32,000 nucleotides of DNA from Candidatus Vampirococcus lugosii (GTDB taxonomy: Bacteria; Patescibacteriota; Gracilibacteria; Absconditabacterales; Absconditicoccaceae), in the NCBI RefSeq assembly GCF_018420025.1, contig NZ_JAEDAM010000001.1:1-32000 (forward strand), read 5' to 3'. The notes below the pieces were generated by a model. The model worked only from the letters and a program-made list of their open reading frames with translations, was not told the origin of the DNA and ran no database searches. A program made the translations under genes and the position numbers. Of this stretch, positions 10,265 to 22,927 are shown in pieces; positions within the stretch are counted from its first letter, which is position 1, and every line of letters begins with the position of its first letter.

Positions 10265-10696
10265 CTAAAATAAAACAAATATAACAAAGATACTAAATAT
10301 AGCAATTAATATACCAAATAACACTTCCAAAGCTGAATGTCATATCAAATGATTTCGTTCTATTTTTTTATTTTCAACAATATCTTGAATAATAATATTA
10401 ATTATATTTTGCTGTTGTGTAGCAAATACTTTATCTCATATTACATCCCTTACAACAATACTTGCAAATACAAATGTTATAATAGAAACTGTATTTACTC
10501 ATTCTACGATAAAAACTCATATACTAAGTGAAACTACAGTTGATGTATGAGAACTTGGCATTCAAGCACCTCTAAATAAAGAACTTCGTTCAAATCTTTT
10601 AGTTTGCAAAACATCAAGCAAGGTTTTTATCAATTGTGCTAATACTGTAGAAAATACTGTTGCAATAAATATTTTATTATAAAATAATTCTAACAT
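10265..10696 (-). CDS. Divergent PAP2 family membrane protein (DUF212 / acid phosphatase-vanadium haloperoxidase related)
   Basis: ATG at 10696 to TAG 10267-10265. Has the RGAGMPSSHTSTVVSL motif (family signature GGMPSSHSA) and a GHSALEV motif, and is multi-TM. Confidence 0.7.
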
Positions 10697-10767
10697 TTTT
10701 GATACTAAAACATATAAAAATTAAATAAAAAATATAATTTTATCAAAATACATTACCCTACTGTAAT

Positions 10768-11610
10768 TTAATTATTATACAATTCTAATATATTTTCAAA
10801 TAAACAAGCAATAGTTGTAGGTCATACTCATCAAGGAACTGGACTAATAGCTTTTACTTTATCTTTTACATCTTCAAAATTTATATCTCACATAATTTTA
10901 TTTCATTTTTTGGAAAATCATACATCTATTAATATTTGTGATTTATCATTTTTTACAAAATTTGAATTTATCAATCAAGCAACTCAAGTTGCACATATTA
11001 TATAATCAGATTGTTTACAAAAATATGCTAAATCTCTGGGGTCTATTTTTTTATTAAAAGAAAAAACTTCTGCTTCTTTTTTCATAAATTCTAATGCAAG
11101 AGGTTTACCAATCAAATTACTTTGTCATATTATAGAAATTTTTTTTCATTCAAAATCATCAAGTTTATAATATTTTAATATATTAATTATAGATTTTGGT
11201 GTAGCAGGTAAGAAATTAGTTTTTCAAACTAAATTAAGTCAAAAATTAATTCATCATAATCAGTCAATATCTTTTTTGCTAGATATTGATGAAAGTATAT
11301 CAGCTTTGTAATGCTCTATAATATTATTTAATGGTAATTGAACTATTATTCAAACACAATTATTATCATTATTTAATTGATATATCAATGACAGTATTTC
11401 ATCTATATTTTCACAATTTATATTTTCTTTTGAAAATATTTTCACACATATTCAAACATCATCTCAAAAATTTTTTTTATGATTTACATATGTTTGACTA
11501 GCTAAATCATCAGATAATAATAATATTCAAATATATATATTTTTTCATAAATTTGATTTAATAATTTTTTCTTTTATCAAATCAGATACTGGTTTTCAAT
11601 ACAAAATCAT
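10768..11610 (-). CDS. folD: Bifunctional methylenetetrahydrofolate dehydrogenase/cyclohydrolase
   Basis: ATG at 11610 to TAA 10770-10768. Motifs LSDDLASQTYVNHKKN, GIIVQLPL, KDIDGL, PATPKSII, IIGQSNLIGKPLA and ISPVPGGVGPTTIA. Confidence 0.92.
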
Positions 11611-11639
11611 AATTTAATAATATATTACATATAAAATAT

Positions 11640-12404
11640 TTAATCTCATTCTATTTCTTTTATTTGATCTCTAATAATAGCAGCAGATTCAAAATCCCGA
11701 TTTGCAATAGCTTGATCAAGTTGAGATTTTAAATCTTTTAATATTATATCTTTTTCTTTTTTGGTCATTCTTTTTAATTTTTTCATCTTGGATTTGGCTC
11801 ATATAGGAATATTTTGCAATTCATCATCACTTTTTACTACATTCAAATCTTTAATATTTGAAATAGCTTTCTGTGGAGTTATTCAATGTTTGAGATTATA
11901 TTCTTGTTGTATTTGTCTTCTACGATAAGTTTCATAAAGTGATTTAGTTATAGAAGCTGTAAATTGTTCTGCATATAAACATACTTCAGAATTAGGATTT
12001 CTAGCTGCTCTTCAAATAATTTGTATCAAAGAAGTAGTAGATCTCAAAAATCATTCTTTATCAGCATCCAAAATTCATATAAAACTAACTTCAGGTAAAT
12101 CTATTCATTCTCTCAAAAGATTAATTCAAATTAAGATATCTATTTGTCATGTTTTAAGTTTTTTTATAATATCCCAACGATCAATAGTATCTATTTCGCT
12201 ATGAAGATAATAAGTTTTATATCATTTGGAAACAAAAAAATTTGTAATTTCTTCAGCTGATCTTTTGGTCAGAGTTAATATTAATACTCTACCATCTTTT
12301 GATATATGATAATCTATTTTGGAAAAAAGATGATCAATAAATTCAGGTTGCTTTTGTGCATTTTGAATATTTGAAACTTGTAAGAAATCTTTAAGATTTT
12401 CCAT
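11640..12404 (-). CDS. uvrB: UvrB C-terminal half only (helicase domain 3 plus UVR domain), as a stand-alone 254-aa ORF
   Basis: ATG at 12404 to TAA 11642-11640. Motifs [77 protein letters not shown] and the UVR-like tail [24 protein letters not shown]. An in-frame stop lies upstream at 12432-12434. The upstream neighbour, 11 nt away, is an unrelated HAD gene. No Walker A or beta-hairpin half is present in this window. Confidence 0.8.
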
Positions 12405-12415
12405 AAACAAAATTT

Positions 12416-13009
12416 TTAAATTAATTTTAAATTAAAATCATTCCAAGAATTTAAACGATGTATTTTTTTAATATTAATTTTTTCATTAATATTCCAATTT
12501 TTTGTTAATAAAAAAATTTTGATATTTGCATTTTCAACAATTTCTTTAGCATATTCAAAATTATCTTCAAACATAAAATCAGTTCATATTCTTTTACAAA
12601 CTTCAGATTTAGGTTTTGAATTTTTAGTAAAATGATTTGTAAAATGTACATCATCTATTAATCAAGGAAAATTTTTTTCTATCCATTTGTAAGTAGAATT
12701 TTTTAAACTTTCTTGTCTAGCTGTAATAACATGTAATTTATAATTATTATTTTTTAAATAAACAAGTTTTTCATAAGATCAATCTACAGGTTTAATATTA
12801 TAAGAATTTTCATGTTGCAAAAAATTATGAAAAAAATCAACAATTTCTTGATTTAAATCTTTAAATTTTTCCATATCAGATATTTTATAAGATGTAATTT
12901 CTTCTTTGTAAAGAGTTCTTCAAGCAATTTTGAATCAATTATGTTCCAATGCAGATTGTACAGTTTCAGCCAAAACTTCATCCATATCTATTCAAACTAT
13001 TTTTTTCAT
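12416..13009 (-). CDS. HAD-superfamily 5'(3')-deoxyribonucleotidase-like protein
   Basis: ATG at 13009 to TAA 12418-12416. N-terminal MKKIVGIDMDEVLAE carries the DxDxV HAD motif in the NT5C-like context. Size (197 aa) and the later ITAR and FEDN segments fit. Confidence 0.65.
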
Positions 13010-13029
13010 AAAAAAACATTATTTTAATA

Positions 13030-14637
13030 TTAAATTAATTCATTTTCTTGATCAATATCAATATCATTTTTTAATGGTTTCATCAATGGAAACAAAACTA
13101 TATCTCTTAAATTTTCTTGTTCACTAAGAATAGTTAATATTCTCTCTATTCACATACCAAATCAAGATTGAGGTGGCATAGCATATTCCATAGCCAAAAC
13201 AAAATCATCATCTCAACTTGTTGCTTCTTCATCACCTTGTTTTATAGCTTCTTTTTGAGAATCAAAATTAGCTTTTTGTATTTCAGGATCTACCAATTCA
13301 CTATATGCCTTTACAATTTCCCAGCCATTAACTACAAGTTGAAATTGTTCTACAATATTGGAATTTTTATCACTTTGTCTAGCAAGTGGTTGCATAGTTT
13401 TGGGATAATTATAAACAAAAGCAGGTCATACTATATTTGGTCTCAAAACTTTTTTGTAAAGATAATCTATCAAAGTAGGAACTGCCATTTTATCCATTCC
13501 AACAAATTCTACTCATACTCATTTTATATCAGAAATAAGTTTTTTTTCATCTCAAAGATTATATTTAGTTACATCTATTCAACAAGAATTTTTTACTCAA
13601 TCAATATAATCAATTTTTTCCCATTTATTAGAAAAATCAATTTCTTTAATTTCTCAATTTTTATTTTTTACTTTTATTTGTTTTTTTAATTCTGGTATAT
13701 TATCAAATAAATAATTAAACATTTTCTCTGTAAAATCCATATTATTTTCAAAATTCCAATAAACTGCATAATGTTCTACCATAGTAAATTCTTGAAGATG
13801 AGATGGATCAGATCATTCATTTCTAAAATCTCTTGCTATTTCAAAAACTTTTTCAAATCTTCATACTGTACTTTTTTTTAAATTTGTTTCAGGAGATATT
13901 CTAAGAAAAAAATCATGATCAAAATCATTATGATAAGTTACAAAAGGTTTAGCCGCTGCTCAACTTGCTGCACTACCAAGCACAGGAGTTTCTATTTCAA
14001 TAAAATTATTTTCATGATAAAAATCTCTCAAAACTTTCAAAAATTTACTTCTAAGTAAAAATCTATTATAAGTTTCTTCATTACTTATTAAATCCAAATA
14101 TCTTTGTCTATAAGAAAGTTCTTTATCTTTTATTCAATGCCATTTTTCAGGAAGAGGTCTTATAGCTTTTGATAAAATTTGAAAATTATCAACAAATATT
14201 GTCAACTCTCAATGTTTTGTAAAAAATAAATCTCATTCAATTCATAAATAATCTCATACATCAATAAATTTTTCTATTATTTTGTATGCAATTTTTTTCT
14301 CTCACTGTATATCTATAGAATCTAAAAAATTTTGTCAATCATTCAATTTTATTTTATCTTTAACAAAACATATTTGAATAAATCAAGTATTATCTTGTAT
14401 TTTAGCAAAAGCAAGTTTTCAATGACTATGAAAAGAAATAATTCTACCTGCTGTTTTAAAATCTCAACTTGCTCAATCTTTCATTAAATATGATGCATCT
14501 TTTATTTTATCTTTATTTTTAAGTATTTCAGATATATCATATTTTTTATCAAATTTGTTAGCATAAACAATTAGTCAAGCATCTTTTAGTTTTTTTATTT
14601 TTTGTATTCTATCCAAAGATTCATTAGTATAATTCAT
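13030..14637 (-). CDS. lysS: Lysine--tRNA ligase (class II)
   Basis: ATG at 14637 to TAA 13032-13030. Motifs [65 protein letters not shown] and PPQSGFGMGIERI. Confidence 0.93.
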
Positions 14638-14789
14638 CAAAAAAATATTAATTAATTAAAATTTAAACAGTTTACTTTATAAAGATTATTTTAATAATAT
14701 CAATATTTAATAAACTAATCTTATGTGTAAACAATGCTACTATTTCTTACAAAGATTTCACAAAATAAAAGTTGTTTAATTAAAATTAA

Positions 14790-16883
14790 TTATTTATATA
14801 TTCAATTTTCAATATCTTCTATAAATTTATGATAAAGTTTAGGAGTTATTATTTCTTTTTCATAAAGACTATTTATTACATTTTCTTCTATTCTTAATAA
14901 AGTTTTTTCAGACAATTTAGTTTCCAAACTCATAATAGTAGTCTTATATTCATTTATAAGTTTTTTATTCTTTTTATCGGATATTTGTAATAAATCTTTA
15001 TAAAGCTCTATTATATTATCAAAATATTTTTTATTAAATTTAAAATCAGTATTTTTTAATTCATTTAGTTGATTTATAGTATCTTTAATTACAATAACTC
15101 TAGCTCTATTTCTAATATAACTATTAATAGGAGAATTTTTATCAAAAGATTTTTCAACTAAATTTTCAAATATATCTTTTTTATCAGTATAATAATCTTT
15201 ATTTCAACTAAATTGTTTTAATCAGTTTTCTAATCTAGTTTTTTGTCTTTGAATTTTTCATAATAATATTCTATAATTATTTTCATCAATCTCATTAGAT
15301 AAAAATAGTTTTTTTAATGACTGTTTTTCTATTCATAAAGCATGTAATGAAAGAGCTTTTGTTATTAATTTATATCAATCTTTTTCCGTTTTTAATAAAT
15401 TTTGCATTCATTCAATAGCAGAATTAAATTTTTTTTGATATTTTATATTTAATTCTTTGTACTCATCTTCTAACAAATATCAAGCTTGATAATTTTGTTC
15501 TAATTTATTAAAAACCTTCAATAAAGCAAGTATTATTCATTCGTAATATTCAAATTTTTCTAATGAATGTATTTCATTAATTTTTAATTTTTTCATTAAT
15601 GGTACTATTGTAAGAGATTTTATTATTAAAGAAAATATTACAGATGAAACAACTAATACTGTCAAAAAATCTTTGATACTGTATTCATATCACCATCATG
15701 ATAATGTAAGCCCCTCTGGTATTATTAAAACCATCATTAATCATAATGCTCATCTTAAACTTCACCAAGCAAGTAAATGTTGCCAACTTATAGGTATTAT
15801 ACTAGATTTATCTATTTTTCATAAAAAGAAAAGTGGAATATAAACACTTAATCATCTAGATATTATTACTATAATTATAGTAATAGCAATAATAGGAATA
15901 AATTCTAAAAAATTTATATCAATATTAACTAAAATTAATCACATAAGTATAAAAACTAAACTATTTACTAACCAAGCAGAATATTCCCATAATTTATCCA
16001 TATGTTCTTCTATTTTTGGACTAATTTTGTGTCTACCATAATTTCAAGCTATAACTCATGCTATAGCTGTACAAACTATTCAAGAAATATCTATAATTGT
16101 AAAATGTGTTATAAATTCTGCCGTTAAAAATGCAATATGTGCAAGTGCTATAGTTAAAGTCATTTCAACTTCTTCTACATTTTTTATTTTTCAAATTATA
16201 TAAGAAAATAAATATCAAATTAATCCTCATAATATAATTCATCAAAACATCATAGATAAAAAAGATATTGATCAGTTTATAAGATGAGTATTAAGTTCAA
16301 ATGAATTTCATATTGATATTTCCCGCAATATACTTACAACAATCAGAAATAATGCTAATGATGTTGCATCATTAAACAAACTTTCTCATTCAAATATTAA
16401 TGACAATTTCCTAGGAGCTCATGATGATTTAAAAAGTGCTAATACTGCTACCGGATCTATTGATGAGATTATTGCACCAAAAAGTATAGTTACTCACAAA
16501 TGAACTTGCATTCATATAAAATTTAATATATAATACAAACTATAAGCAATAGTAAATGTTGATATTAATAATCAAACAAATGCTAAAGTAAATATTGTAG
16601 TTCAATTTTTAAATAAATCTTTATAATTTATATTATAAGCTGATTCAAAAACTAAAATTGGTAAAAATACAAAAAACAATATCTCCGGTGTTAATTGAAA
16701 ACTTGTTATTCGTGAAAATACAGGAAAATAACTTAATGGAACTAATATAAGTCATATAATAAAAAGTAATACAGTATATGGAAAATTAATTTTTTTTGAA
16801 AATAGAAATGCAAATGAAGCAATTATCAATAAAGAAAAAAAAGACAAACTCATGATAATAAAATTTGCCATACTGTCTTCCAT
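14790..16883 (-). CDS. Na+/H+ antiporter (CPA1/NhaP-type) with a long cytoplasmic C-terminal domain
   Basis: ATG at 16883 (alternative ATG at 16871) to TAA 14792-14790, checked codon by codon. Multi-TM N-terminal half with FGAIISSIDPVAVLALFKSSGAPRKLSLIFEGESLFNDATSLALF. The roughly 290-aa charged C-terminal region is unrecognised. Confidence 0.8.
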
Positions 16884-17123
16884 TTTAAATTTTATAATTT
16901 TATTAAATTAAAATAAATCAAGTACATTATATAATCAATTAAATATAAAAATCAATTAAATATTTTATTATACTCTATTCTCTTATCTATTTATAATCTA
17001 TTTAAATAAAATATACAACAATGAAAAAAACAAATATAGAAAATAAAAATAAAATTGATTGAAAAAAAATAATATTTATTTATAAGTAATTTTTAAATTT
17101 AAATTAATAATTAATTTCAAAAT

Positions 17124-17993
17124 ATGTATTATTTATTGGATGGATCTTGATATTTATTTAGATCATATTATGCATTACCCGATATGAAAAATTCTAAATG
17201 AGAAGATATATGAGCAATATATTGATTTTTTAGAATGATTTTAAAACTTTTACAAGATAATCCTGAAAAATTTGTAATAGCATGGGATATGGGTTCAAAA
17301 ACTAAAAGACATGAAAAATTTCCTAAATATAAAGCTAATAGACCAAAAATTCCAAATGAATTTAAAAATCAAATATGAGTAATTAAATCTATAATAAAAG
17401 AATTAAATATTCCTTTTTTTTGATTAGAGTGATATGAAGCTGATGATGTTATAAACACTATTGCTCAAAAATATAATTGAAATATAAAAATTATAAGTTC
17501 TGATAAAGATTTAAAACAATTATTAAATGATAAAATTATATTTTTTGATCCTGTTAAACAAATTATAGAAAATAATATTGATTTTGAAAAAAATATGTGA
17601 TTTCCTCCTATTAATATAATAGATTATTTAGCATTATTATGAGATACATCTGACAATATTCCTTGAGTAAAATGAATATGAAAAAAAACTGCATCTGAAT
17701 TAATACAAAAATATTATTGTATAGAAAATATATATATTAATATAAATGAAATTAAAGAATCAATATCAAAAAAATTAATTGAATGAAAAGACTCTGCTTT
17801 TGAAAGCAAAAGTTTAATAGAACTTATGATAATCCCAAATATACCAGATGTTAATGAATTATGAAAAATAAATATTGATTTTGATAAACTTAAAAATATT
17901 TTGATACAAGAATATAATTTTAAATCTATGGAAAAAATTATTGATAATTTGAAATTATCTTATAAATTCTGAACACAAACAAGTTTATTTTAA
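17124..17993 (+). CDS. Stand-alone 5'-3' exonuclease (Pol I N-terminal / FEN family)
   Basis: ATG 17124 to TAA 17991-17993. Motifs LLDGSGYLFRSYYA, KYKANRP, LEGYEADDVI, SSDKDLKQL and the H3TH motif LLGDTSDNIPGVKGIGKKTA. Confidence 0.88.
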
Positions 17994-18010
17994 AATATTT
18001 AATACAAAAA

Positions 18011-18037
18011 ATATCAAGAGAATAAATCTCTTGATAT
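18011..18037. terminator. Hairpin between convergent genes (likely bidirectional intrinsic terminator)
   Basis: atatcaagag / aataaat / ctcttgatat forms a perfect 10-bp stem with a 7-nt loop flanked by A/T runs. It lies between the stop of the exonuclease gene (17993) and the stop of the VWA gene (18057). Confidence 0.6.
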
Positions 18038-18056
18038 TAAAATAATTAAAATATTT

Positions 18057-19751
18057 TTATTTTTCCAAATTTCGTTTATTTCTATCTGGATTATAATCTT
18101 GTTTTACTTGTTCTCAATTGTTTATTAATTTTATTAACTTATCTATAGTCTTAATTTCTTTTTCAAAAACTTTCTTATCATCTCATTGAAATATTTCTTC
18201 TTTTAACTTTAATTTTTCTTTTATATTTTCCAATATAGAAATATCTCTTTCTTGAATAGATTCTTTTAATGCATCAGTATATTTTACTAGATTTACTCAT
18301 TTTATCATACTTGTATTAGCTGGTTTATTATCAATTTTTATTTCTTGAGATGTTTCCACTTCTTTACCAGTATATTCTTTATAACTTACTTGTATATTAA
18401 TATTTTCTTGTATTTGTTCTTTTAATTTCAAAAGAATTATAGATCATCTATGTCATTCAGTTTTGGGAGGAGTAGGAAATAATGTATTAATAGACATTAA
18501 TTCATTTTTATGATTATCTAATCAATAAACTTTTTCAATATTATCTTCATTATCTATATTCATTTTCAAATTAAATATCATAGGAAAAAAGTTATAATCA
18601 AATTCATCTACAATTCTCTGAGAAAATTCCCAAGCATCAGATATATAAAAATAATTATTTCATTCAAATTTTCATATTTTTTGTACAAATTGTTGTTGAA
18701 AATCTACTGCTACTCAAAAGAAAGAAAAATAAATATTATCTTCAGATGCATCTTTTACCATATTAGCTAATCATCAAGCTGAATAATCTCACATATTTGG
18801 CATAGCATCAGTAATAAAAAGAACTCTATTTTGATATCAACTTTTCATATCATCATCAAATAAAGATAATCATTTTTTCATTCATGATTCCATATTAGTA
18901 CCACCTCAATCTCTTACACTTTTTAAATGTTTTTTCAAAGAAGATTTATCTATATTTTCTACTTTTATAAGTTCATGAGCAATATATGCAGAATCATCAT
19001 ATAAAACAATTCATATTCTATCATCTTCTCTTAATTTGTCCAACATTTTTGACATAGCCTGCATAGCAAATTCCATTCTAGATTGTTTACTAATCTCAGT
19101 ATAATCATCTATAAATATTTGTTTATCTTCTTGAGAAATACATTTTTTTCATGGTGCAAAATATAATTCATTTTGAGTATCACATAAATCACTTTCATAA
19201 ATATAATCTTGAGTATTTTCATAATAATATTGTGATAAAGCTCATCACATACTTCAACTTTTATCTATTACCAAAACAAAATTAGTAGGAGGTCTTTGAA
19301 AATCTTCATCTTTTATATTAGATCATAAAGATATTTGTATCCAGTTTTCATTGTCTACTTGTCAATAATCAACTAAAGGACAAAACATTGTTTCACATTC
19401 TCAACTTGGCTGTTGAAAATGATAATCAGAAAATATACCATTATAAGTTATAGTTTCAAGACTTGGTATATGTCATTTTTCAATATTATCTCTAAAAAGC
19501 ATCATATCTTGATCAGCTCATACTTGAAATCAAATATTTTCTTGTAATGTATTAGTATCATATAAAGCTCATGGTGAACTAGGATTAATTCAAGAATTAT
19601 TACTAAATCATTGTCTATTATAAGTAGATTTAGAAACTTCTTCTTGATATTTCCAATGATCACTTTTTTCAGTAATACTAATTTTATCAATACATCAAGT
19701 CATAAAAATAAATGATAATATTATTGTAAACCATAAAATTGTTTTTGTCAT
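18057..19751 (-). CDS. Lipoprotein with a von Willebrand factor type A (VWA) domain (YfbK/BatA-like)
   Basis: ATG at 19751 to TAA 18059-18057, checked codon by codon. The signal peptide ends in the lipobox FMTGC, whose Gly is TGA. The N-terminal segment is IPSLETITYNGIFSDYHFQQP. MIDAS motif VLVIDKSGSMGG, plus GGTN and VLFITDAMPN. The tail is coiled-coil-like. Confidence 0.8.
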
Positions 19752-19849
19752 TATATTTGTATTTTAATATTTAAATGTAATATATCTTACGGAAGTTTTT
19801 TTATTTTATTACAAAAAATAATTTTTAATACAAAATAACTTACAAAAAA

Positions 19850-20485
19850 CTATAAAATATCTATAATCCTATCAAATACTTCTTCTTGAGTTCAAGAAGC
19901 ATCAATAATAAATAAATTTCACATATTTTGAAAAGTATCAATAACAGGCTTTGTTTCTTCTTTATATAATCTTACTCTTTTTTTAATAGCATCTGGATAA
20001 TCATCCTCTCTTTTTATTAAAGAATCAGATCAACAATATGTACAAGATTTTAATTTTCAAGAAATATTTGAAAGAGTTGCTCAACAATTAGAGCAAATCA
20101 ATCTAGATGAAAGTCTTTCAATAGCTTTATCTTCAGATAAATCTAAATATACTGCTTTATAAGATATATTTTTTTTTGAAGTTAAATCTATAAACTGTTT
20201 CATTTGATTTATTTTTCTAGGATAACCATCAATTAATATATTATCATTATCTGATAATGTAGTCAAAAAAGCATTAAACAAACTAGAAATAAATTCATCA
20301 TTAATTAAATTTCAAGAATCAATTATTTCTTTTACATAATCTCAAAGACAATTTGGTTTTGATTTAATAGCTCTAAGTATATTACCAGCTTCAAAATATT
20401 TATAATTAGAAAATTTATTTAATAACATTTTTGCTTGAGTTCATTTTCAAGCTCACTGTACTCAAAATAATACAATATTATTCAT
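19850..20485 (-). CDS. adk: Adenylate kinase (zinc-LID type)
   Basis: ATG at 20485 to TAG 19852-19850. In the P-loop LFGVQGAGKGTQA, all four Gly (codons 8, 11, 13, 15) are TGA. Also LIDGYPR and the LID CSNCG...CTYCGS. Confidence 0.92.
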
Positions 20486-20558
20486 CTAATAATTTTATTA
20501 AAAATAAAAAAAGACAAACAACACAATTAAATATTGTACTGATCGTCTATGACAAATT

Positions 20559-20981
20559 TTATCTCTTTGTCCATTGAGGTGATTTTCTAGCTTTTTTCAA
20601 ACCAAATTTTTTCCTTTCTTTTTCTCTTGAATCTCTTTTCAACAAACCAAAAGGTTTAAGTTGTAATCTATATTCAGAATTGAAAGAAACAAGTGCTCTT
20701 GAAATGGCAAGCTTAATAGCATCAGCTTGTCATCTAAGACCTCATCAAGAAACTTTAATATCAAGATCAAATCTATCAACAATACCAGAACCTATAGTAT
20801 AAAAAGAATGTAATGCAGATTCTATTAAATAATCATGTCATCCAAAATATTCTTTAATAGAAACTTTATCTCATCACTTATTTATCATAATATTTCAATT
20901 ACCACCTTGAAACAATTTTACTTGAGCAGTAGATTGTTTTCTTCTTCAAAGTCAGTACTCATATTTTTTTTCTTTTATCAT
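20559..20981 (-). CDS. rpsI: 30S ribosomal protein S9
   Basis: ATG at 20981 to TAA 20561-20559. Motifs [36 protein letters not shown] and C-terminal [12 protein letters not shown]. Confidence 0.95.
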
Positions 20982-21436
20982 TAATCAATTTTTTCAGGAT
21001 TTAAATAATCATATTTATTTGAATCTCAAGCAAATATTTTAAGTCTTTTCATTTTTCTATCTCTTAATTTATTTTTTGATAACATTCATCTCACACAATA
21101 CCAAATAACATTTTCTGGCTTTTTTTCCAATAATTCACTAAGAGACATAGCTCTAACATTTCATTTATATCAAGAATACCTATAATATTGTTTTTGATCT
21201 AATTTTTTTCAAGTAACTTTTATCTTACTAGCATTTTTAACTACAACAAAATCTCAACAATCCCAAAAATCACAATTATATTCTTTATATTTTCAAGATA
21301 ATCTATTAGCTATTAATGTAGAAACTTTTCATAAAGTTTTTCATTCCACATCAATTTCAAACCATTTTCTATTTTTCTCAGACCATTCTTTCTTAACAAG
21401 AACAGTTTTGTTTAAATTATTATTTGTAAATTCCAT
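20981..21436 (-). CDS. rplM: 50S ribosomal protein L13
   Basis: ATG at 21436 to TAA 20983-20981, overlapping the rpsI ATG by 1 nt (TAATG). Motifs KWFEIDVEGKTLGKVSTLIANRL, GDFVVVKNA, YYRYSGY and MLSKNKL. Confidence 0.93.
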
Positions 21437-21465
21437 ATATTATTTATTATATTCTAAAAAGAAAT

Positions 21466-21852
21466 TTATACTAATTTTACTAAAACTTCTTCTGCACTAT
21501 CTCACTTTCTATATCATAACTTATATGTAGAAACAAAACCAAACTTTTGTCAAGAATCTACATATTTAGGAAGTATTTCATTAATCATTTTTTTTCATTC
21601 TTCATTTCAAAGAATAGTAGATTTAACATAAGATATTGACAATCTTTTTGCATCAGCTTCATCATATCTTGATGTAAGCCCAACAAGATGAGACAAAAAC
21701 TTATCCGCTTCACTTTTCAAAATTTTAGCTTTTTTTGATGTAGTTTTTATCTGTCAATTTTTAATAAGACTAGTCAATAAATTTCTAATACGTAAATCAA
21801 ATTTTTGAGCTCAAGGATTTAAATCCTTAAGTTTATTATATTTATGTCTCAT
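21466..21852 (-). CDS. rplQ: 50S ribosomal protein L17
   Basis: ATG at 21852 to TAA 21468-21466. MRHKYNKLKDLN..RIRNLLTSLIKNGQIKTTSKKAKILKSEADKF. Confidence 0.88.
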
Positions 21853-21889
21853 TCTTTTTAAATATATTATAAGAATTAAATATTTAAGT

Positions 21890-22888
21890 TTATCAAGCAA
21901 GAGATTTTCAAATATCGTTCAATGAAACAATAATTTCATCAACTGCTTTTCTTCAAACTCACTTCATAGTCAACAATTCTGATCTTCTTTTTTTCTCTAA
22001 ATCTTCTACATACAGAATATTATTTTTAATAAGAGCATTTCTAGTTCTTTCACTAAGTGGAATTACATCAATAGGTTTTACTTTAACATTATCTTGATCA
22101 GAGGATTTATTAATTATATTATCCTTTATATCTCAATATTCTGTCAATAAAGATTTATCAATATAAGCTTCGTCAAAAACAAATAAATTTGAATAAGAAG
22201 ACAAAACTTCTCAAACAAAAGAAAGAATTTGTTTAGGAGTAATTTTATTAGAGATAGTTTTAATATCTATATTTAGTTGATCTTTACTAGATCAAGTAAA
22301 ATCATCAATATGTTCATCTATATCATATTTAACATATTCAACTAACTTAAAATCATTATCTATAAGCAAAATTCATATATCATTAGAATCTAATGTAGAT
22401 TCCCTTTTTTTCAAAAAATCTATACTATAATATGAATATCATTTTTCTATTCTATATTCAACTATCAATTCAATAGATGGATCAGTAATTTCAAACAAAT
22501 ATTCATGTTCATTCAAAATATCTATACCAGAAGGTAGTCTTAATGACGAAGCATCATATTTTCAAACTCAAGAAAATCTATGAAGAACCCAGTTAATTTT
22601 TTCATGATTTATATCAAGATTAAAACGAAGTTTCTTAAAATTTAATATAACATCTAATGCAGATTCTTTAACACCATCTATAGTATCATATTCATGAGGA
22701 ACTCATTTTATTTTTAATCAAGTTATTGCTCATCAAGAATTATAACCCAAGATAGCTCTCCTAATAGCATTTCAAAAAGTATGTCAAAATCATCTTGGCA
22801 AATATTTCACACAAAAGATCGTATTAGTATCAGATACTTCATCTATAACTATTTTAGGTTTTCCTATATAATTTTGGATATCTAACAT
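21890..22888 (-). CDS. rpoA: DNA-directed RNA polymerase subunit alpha
   Basis: ATG at 22888 to TAA 21892-21890. Motifs LPRGFGHTFGNAIRRAIL, ITGLKIKGVPHEYDTIDGVKES and the C-terminal-domain motif LSERTRNALIKNNILYVEDL..LLTMKGVGRKAVDEI. It ends ..LAG with a sense TGA directly before TAA. Confidence 0.93.
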
Positions 22889-22927
22889 AATAATTTAATT
22901 AAGAATTATTTAATAAATTTTTATTAA

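Noticed and set aside
13168-13689. Longest standard-code ORF in the track (173 aa, + strand)
   Set aside because: It is a low-complexity F/I/Y/S-rich translation lying antisense to a convincingly conserved lysS gene, an artefact of AT-rich sequence with few stops.
17022-17090. 22-codon ORF (MKKTNIENKNKIDGKKIIFIYK) in the antiporter/exonuclease intergenic region
   Set aside because: It is too short, has no supporting signal or conservation evidence, and has a composition typical of random AT-rich sequence.
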